Below, one piece after another: positions 1 to 9,729 of a DNA stretch of 50,260 bases. This stretch comes from a virus. Taxonomy: Duplodnaviria; Heunggongvirae; Uroviricota; Caudoviricetes. Position 1 is the first letter of the stretch. The number at the start of each line of letters is the position of its first letter. The position numbers and the translations under genes were made by a program. Below the pieces are notes generated by a model. The model was not told where the DNA came from, searched no databases, and worked only from the letters and a program-made list of their open reading frames with translations. The DNA lies in IMG/VR virus record IMGVR_UViG_2728369607_000007, positions 1 to 50,260 of that record. One strand, written 5' to 3'.

Positions 1-1509
1 AGCCGTCTTAACCATCCGAAAGCGGACCTGTCAAAGGGGCAGTACGGAACCGTGGGGCAGGGGCTGCATATCGCCAAAAAACTGCTGCCGTTTATACCGG
101 CGAATGCGGGTATTCTGCTGGTTCCGTGCTGTCGTGGTGGTTCAGCGTTCACCACCGGAGCTGATGGCACATACAGTGACGCTGGCGGTGCCTCGGAGAA
201 TTCAGCGCGCTGGGGTGTGGACAAGCCGCTGTATAAGGACCTTATCGGTCGAACAAAAGCAGCACTGAAGAAGAACCCGAAAAATGTGCTGTTTACCGTG
301 GTGTGGATGCAGGGGGAATTTGATTTTGACGGCACGCCCGGAAATCACGCAGCACAGTTTGGTGCGCTGGTTGATAAATTCCGTGCAGACCTGACGGATA
401 TGGCAGGTCAGTGCGTTGGTGGCTCTGCTGGCGGTGTTCCCTGGATATGCGGGGACACGACGTATTTCTGGAAGCAGAAGAACGAATCCACGTACCAGAC
501 GGTGTACGGCAGCTATAAAAACAAAACGGAAAAGAATATCCATTTCGTACCGTTCATGACGGATGAGAACGGGGTGAATGTGCCGACGAACAAACCGGAA
601 GAAGACCCGGACATTCCGGGTATCGGGTATTACGGTTCGAAATGGCGTGACAGCTCAGCCACCTGGACGTCACAGGACAGGGCGAGCCATTTCAGCACCT
701 GGGCACGCCGGGGGATTATTTCCGACCGTCTGGCAACGGCGATTCTGATTCATGCGGGACGAACCACAGTAAAAGTCGATGCTCCATCTTCTGAAACTGG
801 CGCACCGACGCCATCACCGTCAGAAAATGAAGCGGTAAGCACAACAACACTGCTGTCTTACCGTGCCAGTGAGTCTGAAGGGAGGCTGACCGAACAGGGC
901 TGGAGTGCTGGCGGAGGTAAAGCGGAAATTGTTGCCGATGAAGGTGCAACAGGTGGTACCGCGATGAAGCTGAGCAAGGAGACAGGAGTGGGGTCATGGT
1001 ATCTGGAGCATGATGCCGGTACTGGCGCTGAACTGCTGAAAAATGGCGGTTTAATCAGCTGCCGCTTTAAGGCATCCGGTGAACTGGTAGCAAATCAGTA
1101 TGTCATTGCACTTTACTGGCCGGTTTCCTCTCTGCCGCAGGGTGTCACCCTGACAGGGGATGCAGGGAATAATCTGCTGGCAGCGTTTTACATCCAGACA
1201 GATGCAAAAGACCTGAATGTGATGTACCACAATGCGAAGGTGGCGACAAATAACCTGAAACTGGGAAGCTTTGGCGCATTTGATAACGAATGGCATACGC
1301 TGGCTTTCCGCTTTGCCGGGAATAACAGCCTTCAGGTGACGCCGGTTATTGATGGTCAGGATGGCACACCGTTCACGCTGACGCAGTCACCGGTCAGTGC
1401 ATTTTCGGCGGATAAGTTGCATGTGACAGATATTACCAAAAGTGCGACTTACCCGGTACTGATAGACAGCATTGCGGTGGTAGTGAATAACGCGGACGCC
1501 GCGGCATGA
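1..1509 (+). CDS. Prophage sialate O-acetylesterase-like protein (SASA/NanS-type), 5-prime truncated by window edge
   Basis: Reading frame open from nt 1 (no stop upstream of the GTG at 52); sequence resembles prophage esterases found upstream of lysis genes in lambdoid phages; position just before the holin. Confidence 0.5.
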   Translation, partial: SRLNHPKADLSKGQYGTVGQGLHIAKKLLPFIPANAGILLVPCCRGGSAFTTGADGTYSDAGGASENSARWGVDKPLYKDLIGRTKAALKKNPKNVLFTVVWMQGEFDFDGTPGNHAAQFGALVDKFRADLTDMAGQCVGGSAGGVPWICGDTTYFWKQKNESTYQTVYGSYKNKTEKNIHFVPFMTDENGVNVPTNKPEEDPDIPGIGYYGSKWRDSSATWTSQDRASHFSTWARRGIISDRLATAILIHAGRTTVKVDAPSSETGAPTPSPSENEAVSTTTLLSYRASESEGRLTEQGWSAGGGKAEIVADEGATGGTAMKLSKETGVGSWYLEHDAGTGAELLKNGGLISCRFKASGELVANQYVIALYWPVSSLPQGVTLTGDAGNNLLAAFYIQTDAKDLNVMYHNAKVATNNLKLGSFGAFDNEWHTLAFRFAGNNSLQVTPVIDGQDGTPFTLTQSPVSAFSADKLHVTDITKSATYPVLIDSIAVVVNNADAAA

Positions 1510-1644
1510 TAAAAAAAGCCGCCAGTTACCGGAATGGACTGGCGGTGGTAATACCTATGGAGAAAAAATAAAGGAACGATACTTTCGTACTCTGTTTTTT
1601 TAAATGAAAACAGTTCTTATTGTCAACTATCACGGTGAGAAACC

Positions 1645-1824
1645 ATGACATTTCTGAACCAGTTAATGCTGTACTTCTGTACGGTGGTCTGTGTGCTGTA
1701 TCTCCTTTCGGGCGGATACCGGGCCATGCGTGACTTCTGGCGCAGACAGATTGACAAAAGGGCCGCTGAGAAAATCAGCGCCAGTCAGTCAGCCGGAAGC
1801 AAACCCGAAGAGCCGCTCATTTAG
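1645..1824 (+). CDS. Small hypothetical membrane protein (59 aa)
   Basis: ATG start, hydrophobic N-terminal segment (LMLYFCTVVCVLYLL); below the ORF-track size cutoff; no strong RBS. Confidence 0.3.
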   Translation: MTFLNQLMLYFCTVVCVLYLLSGGYRAMRDFWRRQIDKRAAEKISASQSAGSKPEEPLI

Positions 1825-1864
1825 CGGCAACTTTCTTAATCACATCTTTCGACGAGAAAATCCC

Positions 1865-2110
1865 ATGTCAGAAATTACATCCCTGGTCACTGCTGAAGCA
1901 GTGAAGGAAGTCCTGCGCTCTGAAGAAGTCCGGAGCGCACTGAAACAGAAACTTCGCCATAACCTGGAAGCGCGTCTTGATGCAGAAGTGGATGCCATTC
2001 TGGATGAACTGCTGGGCGCACCGGCAGCTCCGGAGCCGGAAGGCATCGCGGGTGAGGGGAGTGCTTCAGATAGCGGTGACCCCACACCTGACAGCGACAT
2101 GATGATGTAA
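1865..2110 (+). CDS. Hypothetical acidic protein (81 aa)
   Basis: Internal ATG of ORF 1691..2110; acidic C-terminus; sits between esterase and holin. Confidence 0.4.
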   Translation: MSEITSLVTAEAVKEVLRSEEVRSALKQKLRHNLEARLDAEVDAILDELLGAPAAPEPEGIAGEGSASDSGDPTPDSDMMM

Positions 2111-2187
2111 GCATTCGTCAGGGACCATCGGTGTGTGCCGGTGGTCTTTTTTATTGTTGTGAGCTTCCGGATTGCGGGAGACGGGGT

Positions 2188-2403
2188 ATGTACCAGATGG
2201 AAAAAATCACAACAGGTGTGTCATACACCACGTCAGCGGTGGGAACGGGCTACTGGTTCCTGCAGTTGCTGGACAGGGTTTCCCCGTCTCAGTGGGCGGC
2301 AATAGGCGTGCTGGGGAGTCTGCTGTTTGGGCTGCTGACATATCTGACGAACCTGTATTTCAAGATTAAAGAAGACCGTCGTAAGGCGGCGCGGGGAGAG
2401 TAG
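2188..2403 (+). CDS. S: Phage holin (S21/Stx-phage type, class II), with dual-start motif M-Y-Q-M
   Basis: Protein [26 protein letters not shown]...[15 protein letters not shown] matches lambdoid S21-like holins; RBS GGGAG upstream; followed by lysis genes. Confidence 0.85.
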   Translation: MYQMEKITTGVSYTTSAVGTGYWFLQLLDRVSPSQWAAIGVLGSLLFGLLTYLTNLYFKIKEDRRKAARGE

Positions 2404-2406
2404 ACG

Positions 2407-3198
2407 ATGAATAAACAATACGAACTGGTTGTTAAAGGGATAAATATTTACCCGGATAAGATTACTGTTACTGTGGCGCTGGAAACTGGTGGGTATACGT
2501 CACTGTTGTTGCCAAATGTGGTGATTGATCTTGATCGTGTTGAAGGTGCCCCGCTGGAGTTTTACGAAGCTGAGGCGAAAAAGAAGGCGAAGCAGTTTTT
2601 CATGGATATTGCTGCCGGGTTATGTGAAGGGAACGAACCGTTGCCGGAAAAGCGCCTCTGTTCAGAAGAGCGGTATACCATACAAATTAACAATGCATAT
2701 AACACGATACAGTCAGAAAAAGATGATATCGAATCACGCATTGAAAAACTGGAGAACAGCGTCGTTGAACTGAATAAAAAACTGTCGGTGCAGATCCCTT
2801 CCGAAGGTGAAAAAAAACGCCGTGATGAGCAGTTCGCGGCGTTTTACGATTATTGCCGGAAAGTGATGAGCAGAAATCTCGCAGAGTGTTTCCGTATTCA
2901 AAAAAACAGAGAGCGCTCTGCAAATAGTGAGATTCTGGATAATTTTTTAAAGGGGACGCATCTCGCCAGTGATTGTTTCATTGCTCATTCTTTTGGTGGC
3001 TTTCATGAGGCCATCAAACATGATGTTGAGAGAAGTCCAGGTATCCTCTGTTCCATTCCCGTAAGCATCGAAATAGACACAAATACGATAACCGGTGAAC
3101 TCGTTACCGCCGGAGTCGGTATATTCCGTCATGAGGGGAACGATGCCAAAGGTTCCTTTACAAAAATCGGGCCGTTCTTTCTGAAGGTAGAGCGATAG
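2407..3198 (+). CDS. Hypothetical cargo protein (263 aa) with central coiled-coil segment, inserted between holin and endolysin
   Basis: ATG 4 nt after holin stop with RBS GGAGAG; AT-rich; no family recognised; 3-prime 252 nt overlap the convergent ORF below. Confidence 0.5.
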   Translation: MNKQYELVVKGINIYPDKITVTVALETGGYTSLLLPNVVIDLDRVEGAPLEFYEAEAKKKAKQFFMDIAAGLCEGNEPLPEKRLCSEERYTIQINNAYNTIQSEKDDIESRIEKLENSVVELNKKLSVQIPSEGEKKRRDEQFAAFYDYCRKVMSRNLAECFRIQKNRERSANSEILDNFLKGTHLASDCFIAHSFGGFHEAIKHDVERSPGILCSIPVSIEIDTNTITGELVTAGVGIFRHEGNDAKGSFTKIGPFFLKVER

Positions 3199-3579
3199 TT
3201 TGTTAAGTACCCATCCGACAGCTCGCTCATTTTGGTTTATTTTCGTATCGCGAAACAAAAATTCGAAGCGGCCAGATGACGCATGGGTGCAACCAAATAC
3301 CGGGGCGTATTCATCAACCTTTGGTGTTCCTGAAAACATGCAGTCCGTGCTCTCGAATGCAGATGAATTGCTGTTGATCCACTTAACAAAAGAAAAAAAG
3401 GTCTGAATCGCTTGTCTGTCTGAATATTCAACAAAATCCTCAAGGTGTGTCTCGATCAGTTCCGGGTGTTTACGAAAGTCATAATATTGACCGGGACGAT
3501 ATTTATGAGTGGTTGTTTTATCCCATGGTTGTGCTCTGCGTCCCTGTAAACGGAGGTCTGCCGCTGGATAGATAAGCAT
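2947..3579 (-). CDS. Hypothetical cargo protein (210 aa), antisense to the late operon
   Basis: Internal ATG at 3579 preceded by GGAG RBS (7-nt spacing); diverse composition; no family recognised. Confidence 0.5.
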   Translation of the reverse strand: MLIYPAADLRLQGRRAQPWDKTTTHKYRPGQYYDFRKHPELIETHLEDFVEYSDRQAIQTFFSFVKWINSNSSAFESTDCMFSGTPKVDEYAPVFGCTHASSGRFEFLFRDTKINQNERAVGWVLNKLSLYLQKERPDFCKGTFGIVPLMTEYTDSGGNEFTGYRICVYFDAYGNGTEDTWTSLNIMFDGLMKATKRMSNETITGEMRPL

Positions 3580-3709
3580 AAGTAATCTCCTGGTGGAATG
3601 TAATCCACGATCATCCGGGGAAATTAAGAACCCGCCAGTGCCCACCACTGGTGGGGTGAAGGCTTAACATATCCAGGGATTCGGAACCGATAAATCCTGA
3701 TAAATATCC

Positions 3710-4243
3710 ATGAACACCAAAATCAAATACGGCCTGTCGGCTGCCGTTCTGGCGCTGATTGCCGCAGGGGCGCCTGCGCCTGATATTCTCGACCAGTTTC
3801 TGGATGAAAAAGAAGGTAACCACACCACGGCATACCGTGATGGTGCGGGGATCTGGACCATTTGTCGTGGTGCCACCAGGGTGGATGGCAAACCTGTCGT
3901 CCCGGGCATGAAGTTGTCGAAGAAAAAATGCGACCAGGTTAACGCCATTGAGCGTGATAAGGCGCTGGCATGGGTGGAGAAAAACATCCGGGTGCCACTG
4001 ACTGAACCCCAGAAAGCGGGGATCGCGTCATTCTGCCCGTATAACATTGGCCCCGGTAAGTGTTTCCCGTCGACGTTTTATAAACGAATTAATGCAGGCG
4101 ATCGCAGGGGAGCGTGTGAAGCGATTCGCTGGTGGATTAAGGACGGTGGCAGAGACTGCCGTATCCGCTCAAATAATTGCTATGGTCAGGTATCCCGTCG
4201 TGACCAGGAGAGCGCGCTGGCGTGCTGGGGTATCGACAGATAA
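3710..4243 (+). CDS. R: SAR endolysin (phage 21 R-type lysozyme, GH24)
   Basis: N-terminal signal-anchor-release segment GLSAAVLALIAAGAPA; E...D...T catalytic triad spacing (EGNHTTAYRDGAGIWT); strong similarity to R21-type lysozymes. Confidence 0.9.
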   Translation: MNTKIKYGLSAAVLALIAAGAPAPDILDQFLDEKEGNHTTAYRDGAGIWTICRGATRVDGKPVVPGMKLSKKKCDQVNAIERDKALAWVEKNIRVPLTEPQKAGIASFCPYNIGPGKCFPSTFYKRINAGDRRGACEAIRWWIKDGGRDCRIRSNNCYGQVSRRDQESALACWGIDR

Positions 4244-4333
4244 GCAGAATATTTTGCTGAAAAATGACGTTGGCCAACGCGGACGGATAACACGAAATCC
4301 TGCGAACTGGCAAAACCTAAGTGAATAAAAGTA

Positions 4334-4366
4334 AAAACCCCGTTTGTTAGCAGCAGGTGGGGTTTT
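4334..4366. terminator. Hairpin AAAACCCC-N16-GGGGTTTT with flanking A/T runs (possible bidirectional intrinsic terminator)
   Basis: Perfect 8-bp inverted repeat followed by TTTTG on plus and A-run on the other side. Confidence 0.4.
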
Positions 4367-4441
4367 GTGTTTCCTGACTCCGGAAAAGTCAAAGGAGAAA
4401 GTGTGTTTGATTTTAGCAAACTGATTCGGGAGATTTGAGTG

Positions 4442-4540
4442 ATGGCTGAAAAATTATCTACCTGGAAGTTCATTCTTATCTGGCTGGTGTTTGTGATTAT
4501 GGTCTCCGGTTATTTCATCGGTCAGATACGCTGGTGGTGA
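4442..4540 (+). CDS. Small hydrophobic peptide (32 aa) between endolysin and spanin genes
   Basis: ATG with GGGAG RBS 8 nt upstream; [32 protein letters not shown]; stop 1 nt before Rz start. Confidence 0.3.
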   Translation: MAEKLSTWKFILIWLVFVIMVSGYFIGQIRWW

Positions 4541-4541
4541 A

Positions 4542-5009
4542 ATGAACCGCGTTCTGTGTGTGGTCATCATTGCCCTGCTGGTGGCCTGTGGTGCGCTTAG
4601 TCTGGGGCTGAATCATTACCGTGATAACGCCATCACCTACAAAGCGCAGCGCGATAAAAAAGCCAGAGAGCTGGAGCTGGCAAACGCAACCATTACTGAT
4701 ATGCAGGTGCGCCAGCGCGATGTTGCTGCGCTCGATGCAAAATACTCAAGGGAATTAGCTGATGCGAGAGCTGAAAATGAAACTCTGCGTGCTGATGTTG
4801 CCGCTGGTCGTAAGCGCCTGCGGATCAACGCCACCTGCCCCGGTACCGTGCGTGAAGCCACCGGCACCTCCGGCGTGGATAATGCAAGCGGCCCCCGACT
4901 GGCAGACACCGCTGAACGGGATTATTTCATCCTCAGAGAACGGTTGATGACAATGCAGAAGCAGCTGGAAGGGGCACAGGACTATATCCGCACTCAGTGC
5001 CTGAACTAA
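4542..5009 (+). CDS. Rz: Inner-membrane spanin Rz
   Basis: Strong similarity to lambda Rz (…[16 protein letters not shown]…[24 protein letters not shown]). Confidence 0.85.
   Translation: MNRVLCVVIIALLVACGALSLGLNHYRDNAITYKAQRDKKARELELANATITDMQVRQRDVAALDAKYSRELADARAENETLRADVAAGRKRLRINATCPGTVREATGTSGVDNASGPRLADTAERDYFILRERLMTMQKQLEGAQDYIRTQCLN
4762..4947 (+). CDS. Rz1: Outer-membrane lipoprotein spanin Rz1, embedded in +1 frame of Rz
   Basis: Lipobox LVVSAC, proline-rich mature region, fully embedded in Rz as in lambda. Confidence 0.75.
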   Translation: MRELKMKLCVLMLPLVVSACGSTPPAPVPCVKPPAPPAWIMQAAPDWQTPLNGIISSSENG

Positions 5010-5421
5010 GTTTTGCGGATGCGCCGTATCGTCGCTGTATTCCCTCATTAACAGAGACCGCAGCCCGACAGGGAGACTCCTCTGCGCGAGTGTGCGGGGA
5101 TAATCAAAAACGATACACACCGGGGTTTACCGCGTTAACGGAGCGCGGCGTTGTCCCCTCATAGTCGCTGGTCCGGTGCGGTGGTGGAAGAAACCGGACT
5201 ACATTACAAATGATAACCATTATCATTTTGCGGGTCCTCCTGGTGGGGTGGGCCTGAACACGGGGCGGGCGGCGCGGAAAAAGGCGCATTTTTTGATTTT
5301 TATGGCACCATCACCACCAGTGTAAATCATTGATATATATCATAATAAAAATTTTTAGTGTCGAAGCTGATTGTTTTTTGTTCATCACTGGCGTGTATTT
5401 ACATAATTTTCAGGGGAAGTT

Positions 5422-5898
5422 ATGGATCGTGAATTAAAAAATCTGCATCTGAATATTTCCCAACTGGCTGCATTATCCGGTGCTCATCGACAGACTGTCG
5501 CGGCTCGGGTAAAAAACATAAGCCCAGCCGGTGGCCATGAGAGCAATCTCAAACTGTACCGACTGACAGATATCCTTGCCGAGCTGATGAAAGCTCCTCT
5601 GCCTGTAGATAACGAGGAAATGGATCCTCATGCGCGTAAAGCATGGTACCAGTCAGAACGTGACCGACTGAAATTTGAGCAGGAAACCGGTCTGCTCGTG
5701 TCAGTCAGTGATGTCAGGCGGTCCTTTTCTGTCGTGGTGAAAGCGATAGTTCAGGTACTGGAAACCTGGCCTGACCGGCTGGAGAGGGACAGGGGGTGGA
5801 CCGCATCACAACTGAATGAAGTACAGATTGTGGTTGATGAGATCCGCGACACACTGGAAAAGGCAGTCATTGACTGTTGTGATGAGGCCGATATGTGA
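5422..5898 (+). CDS. Terminase small subunit (HTH DNA-binding)
   Basis: Position directly upstream of large terminase with overlapping stop/start; N-terminal HTH-like segment. Confidence 0.75.
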   Translation: MDRELKNLHLNISQLAALSGAHRQTVAARVKNISPAGGHESNLKLYRLTDILAELMKAPLPVDNEEMDPHARKAWYQSERDRLKFEQETGLLVSVSDVRRSFSVVVKAIVQVLETWPDRLERDRGWTASQLNEVQIVVDEIRDTLEKAVIDCCDEADM

Positions 5899-8018
5899 AT
5901 CAGGTGAACGAGAGCCATAGCCGCGCATCCGATATCTGGCGCGAAGTGGCCTCGCTGTTTCGCCCACCTGGCCGGTTACCAGTAGCGGAAGCCATCAGGC
6001 GTTATATGCGGGTACCACGGGGAGCCAATACTTCCGGTCCGTGGGAGTCATCGCTGACGCCCTATATGATTGACCCCATTAATACATTATCAGCCCGTGA
6101 ATATGACGCGGTGGTGTTTGTGGGACCTGCGCGAACCGGGAAAACCGAAGGGCTGATTGATGGCTGGATTGTGTACGGCATCATCTGTGATCCGGCGGAT
6201 ATGCTGGTGGTGCAGATGACCGAGACAAAGGCGCGTGAGCATTCCAGAACGCGTCTTTCCAGGACGTTTCGCCACAGTCCGGAGGTCAGTAAGCGCCTCA
6301 GCCCTTCCCGTAATGACAACAACGTCCACGACAAAATGTTTCTTGACGGCTCATTCCTGAAAATTGGCTGGCCGTCGATCACTGTATTTTCCTCTTCGGA
6401 TTACCGTCGTGTGGCGCTGACGGATTATGACCGTTTTCCTGAGAACGTCGACGGTGAAGGGGATGCCTTCACCCTGGCCTCAAAGCGTACCACCACCTTT
6501 ATGTCCTCGGGGATGACCCTGGTCGAAAGTTCGCCCGGGCGGGATATCACTGACACCAAATGGCGCTGTGGCGGCGCACATGAGGCACCGCCAACAACGG
6601 GGATCCTGTCACTGTATAACCGGGGAGACCGCCGCCGGTGGTACTGGCCGTGTCCGCACTGCGGGGAATATTTTCAGCCGGTGATGGATAACATGACCGG
6701 TTACCGGAATAACCCTGATTTTGTGGCTGCCGGGCAGGCGGCCCGCCTGATGTGTCCGCACTGCCGCGGCCTGATTGCTCCGGAACAGAAGCGTGAACTG
6801 AATAACCAGGGGATCTGGCTTCGTGAAGGTGAACGGGCGGCGGCGGACGGCAGTATCACCGGAACGCCACGAAATTCCCGGATTGCGTCATTTTGGATGG
6901 AGGGGCCGGCTGCGGCGTTTCAGACCTGGGAACAACTGATTTTTAAGCTGCTGGCGGCAGAAGAAGAGTATGAGCGAACCGGCAGTGAAGAGACCCTGAA
7001 AGCGGTGGTGAACACCGATATCGGACGACCCTATCTGCCCCGTTCAGCCACGGAACAGCGTAAAAGTGAACTGCTTGAACAGCGTGCCGAGCCGTTTCCC
7101 CGGCGATCTGTGCCGGATGGTGTGCGTTTTATTGAGGCAACGGTTGACGTACAGGGCGGTAAAAATCGCCGTTTTGTTGTGCAGATCACCGGATACGGAG
7201 AGCAGGGGGAACGCTGGATTGTTGATCGCTACAACATCTGGCATTCACTGCGCTGCAGTCCCAACGGTGAAAGTCTGCCGGTTGATCCGGCGGCATATCC
7301 GGAGGACTGGGATTTGTTGCTGACGGATGTGTTCCATAAAACATGGCCGCTGGCTTCTGATCCGGATGTGCGCATGCGTCTGATGGCCATGGCGGTGGAT
7401 ACGGGAGGGGAAGCCGGGGTGACAGATAACGCCTATCGTTTCTGGCGTCGTTGCCGGAGTGACGGACTGGGCAACAGGGTGTTTCTGTTCAAGGGGGATG
7501 GTCTTCGCCGTGACAGGCTGATTAACCGTACCTTCCCGGATAATACCGGCAGAAGTGCCCGCCGTGCCAGAGCCAGTGGCGATGTCGCGCTGTGGCTGGT
7601 TCAGACGGATGCGTTTAAGGACCGTGTAAATAATGCCCTGTGGCGTGACACACCAGGGCCGAACTATATCCACTTTCCCGACTGGCTGGGGCGGTGGTTT
7701 TACGATGAGCTGACCTATGAAGAGCGCGGCAGTGACGGAAAATGGCGAAAACCGGGCAGGGGCGCTAACGAGGCGTTTGACCTGCTGGTTTATGCGGATG
7801 CGCTTGCCGTTCTGCATGGTTACGAAAAGATCCGCTGGCCCTCCGCACCGGACTGGGCACAGCGGGAAACGTGGCTCGTCTTCCCGCAGGAGCGTTCTGG
7901 TGAAACGGTATCCCCGGAACTGACGGCCGGGGCAGAAAAACGCCGTCGCCGGAAGAAAAAACTGCGGACGGAGCGTGCGGAAGATAATCCATGGATAACA
8001 TCAGGAGGCTGGTTGTGA
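5895..8018 (+). CDS. A: Terminase large subunit (lambda gpA family)
   Basis: 707-aa protein with GpA-like ATPase and nuclease regions; position. Confidence 0.9.
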   Translation: MNQVNESHSRASDIWREVASLFRPPGRLPVAEAIRRYMRVPRGANTSGPWESSLTPYMIDPINTLSAREYDAVVFVGPARTGKTEGLIDGWIVYGIICDPADMLVVQMTETKAREHSRTRLSRTFRHSPEVSKRLSPSRNDNNVHDKMFLDGSFLKIGWPSITVFSSSDYRRVALTDYDRFPENVDGEGDAFTLASKRTTTFMSSGMTLVESSPGRDITDTKWRCGGAHEAPPTTGILSLYNRGDRRRWYWPCPHCGEYFQPVMDNMTGYRNNPDFVAAGQAARLMCPHCRGLIAPEQKRELNNQGIWLREGERAAADGSITGTPRNSRIASFWMEGPAAAFQTWEQLIFKLLAAEEEYERTGSEETLKAVVNTDIGRPYLPRSATEQRKSELLEQRAEPFPRRSVPDGVRFIEATVDVQGGKNRRFVVQITGYGEQGERWIVDRYNIWHSLRCSPNGESLPVDPAAYPEDWDLLLTDVFHKTWPLASDPDVRMRLMAMAVDTGGEAGVTDNAYRFWRRCRSDGLGNRVFLFKGDGLRRDRLINRTFPDNTGRSARRARASGDVALWLVQTDAFKDRVNNALWRDTPGPNYIHFPDWLGRWFYDELTYEERGSDGKWRKPGRGANEAFDLLVYADALAVLHGYEKIRWPSAPDWAQRETWLVFPQERSGETVSPELTAGAEKRRRRKKKLRTERAEDNPWITSGGWL

Positions 8019-8227
8019 GCACAGAAGAAGCCAGAGAAATGATACAGCGGTACCGTGAAGCGGAAATGGCCGTACTGGAGGGGAAGTCTGTCACCTTCAA
8101 CGGGCAGCAACTGACGCTGGAAAGCCTTTCTCAGATCCGCGCCGGACGTCAGGAGTGGGAACGCAGGCTTGCCGCGATGGTGAGCCGCAGGCGGGGAAAA
8201 CCGGGATTTAAACTGGCGAGGTTTTAA
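7991..8227 (+). CDS. W: Head-tail joining protein W
   Basis: Similarity to lambda gpW C-terminus (…RRRGKPGF…); position between terminase and portal. Confidence 0.7.
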   Translation: MDNIRRLVVSTEEAREMIQRYREAEMAVLEGKSVTFNGQQLTLESLSQIRAGRQEWERRLAAMVSRRRGKPGFKLARF

Positions 8228-9729
8228 TGGCAATTATTGATGATGTGATAGGCGTGTTTTCCCCCGGGTGGAAAGCAGCCAGACTGCGTTCAAGGGCGTT
8301 AATCATGGCCTATGAGGCGGTGAAACCGACCCGGACACATAAAGCCCGGCGGGAAAATCGCTCTGCCGATCAGCTCAGTAAATACGGTGCGGTTTCCCTG
8401 CGGGAGCAGGCCCGTTTTCTTGATATCAATCATGACCTGGTGATTGGTGTGTTTGACAAGCTGGAAGAGCGGGTGATTGGTGCCAGGGGAATTATTGTGG
8501 AGCCTCAGCCATTACGAAAAAACGGGGAAATGGCGGCTGAGCTGGCTGCGGATATCCGCCGGTTGTGGGCTGAATGGTCCGTGAGTCCGGATGTGACAGG
8601 GCAGTATACCCGTCCCGTGCTTGAACGTTTACTGCTGCGGACCTGGCTGCGGGATGGTGAAGTGTTTGCGCAGATGGTCAGTGGTGCGGGAAACGGTCTG
8701 GAACGGACGGCGGGAGTGCCATTCTGGCTTGAGGCGATGGAGCCGGATTTTGTTCCCATGCGCACAGATGAATCCGCCGGACTGAATCAGGGGGTTTTTC
8801 TTGATGAGTGGGGAAGACCGAAAAAATATCTGGTTTATAAAAATTATCCGGTCAGCGGTCGGCAGAGTGATACGAAAGAAATCGCTGCCGGAAAAATGAT
8901 CCACCTGAAGTTCACTCGTCGTCTGCATCAGACGCGAGGCTCATCCATGTTATCGGGGGTGCTGATGCGGATCAGTGCCCTTAAGGAGTATGAAGATGCG
9001 GAACTGACAGCGGCGCGTATTGCTGCGGCGCTGGGACTGTATATCCGTAAAGGTGACGGACAGGACTATGAAGATCCGGGGATCAAAGAAACCGAGCGGG
9101 AAGTCCATATCACCCCGGGTATTATTTATGACGATTTGCGCAAGGGCGAGGATATCGGCATGGTCAAATCTGACCGTCCCAATCCCAATCTTGAAACTTT
9201 CCGCAACGGCCAGTTGCGTGCAGTGGCAGCAGGCAGTCGTCTGAGTTTTTCCAGTGCGGCGCGTAACTATAACGGCACCTACAGCGCCCAGCGGCAGGAG
9301 CTGGTCGAGTCCACGGATGGTTACCTGATCCTGCAGGACTGTTTTATTGGCGCGGTAACCCGCCCGGTGTACCGGACATGGCTGAATATGGTGGTTGCGG
9401 CAGGTCTGCTGAAAATTCCGGCGGATGTGGAGATGAAAACGCTATATAACGCGACGTATTCCGGTCCGGTGATGCCGTGGATCGACCCGGTTAAGGAAGC
9501 TGAAGCCTGGAGAATTCAGATCCGGGGTGGTGCAGCGACAGAATCTGACTGGGTGCGTGCCGGTGGGCGCAATCCGGATGAGGTCAAACGTCGCCGCAAG
9601 GCTGAAATTGATGAAAACAGCAGACTGGGGCTGGTCTTTGATACTGACCCCGTCAACGACAAAGGAGGCAACAGTGCCGGAACTGAACGACAGTATCAGC
9701 GCGACACCGAAAGCCAGCATGAAGAATAA
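8227..9729 (+). CDS. B: Portal protein (lambda B family)
   Basis: 500-aa protein, lambda-family portal similarity; gene order. Confidence 0.9.
   Translation: MAIIDDVIGVFSPGWKAARLRSRALIMAYEAVKPTRTHKARRENRSADQLSKYGAVSLREQARFLDINHDLVIGVFDKLEERVIGARGIIVEPQPLRKNGEMAAELAADIRRLWAEWSVSPDVTGQYTRPVLERLLLRTWLRDGEVFAQMVSGAGNGLERTAGVPFWLEAMEPDFVPMRTDESAGLNQGVFLDEWGRPKKYLVYKNYPVSGRQSDTKEIAAGKMIHLKFTRRLHQTRGSSMLSGVLMRISALKEYEDAELTAARIAAALGLYIRKGDGQDYEDPGIKETEREVHITPGIIYDDLRKGEDIGMVKSDRPNPNLETFRNGQLRAVAAGSRLSFSSAARNYNGTYSAQRQELVESTDGYLILQDCFIGAVTRPVYRTWLNMVVAAGLLKIPADVEMKTLYNATYSGPVMPWIDPVKEAEAWRIQIRGGAATESDWVRAGGRNPDEVKRRRKAEIDENSRLGLVFDTDPVNDKGGNSAGTERQYQRDTESQHEE

Noticed and set aside
1510-1545. Hairpin after the esterase gene as its terminator
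   Set aside because: The A-run precedes and no T-run follows the stem on the plus strand, so it would act only as a minus-strand terminator; function unclear.
7245-7817. 190-aa minus-strand ORF inside the large terminase gene
   Set aside because: Fully embedded antisense in a confidently assigned gene; no start signals.
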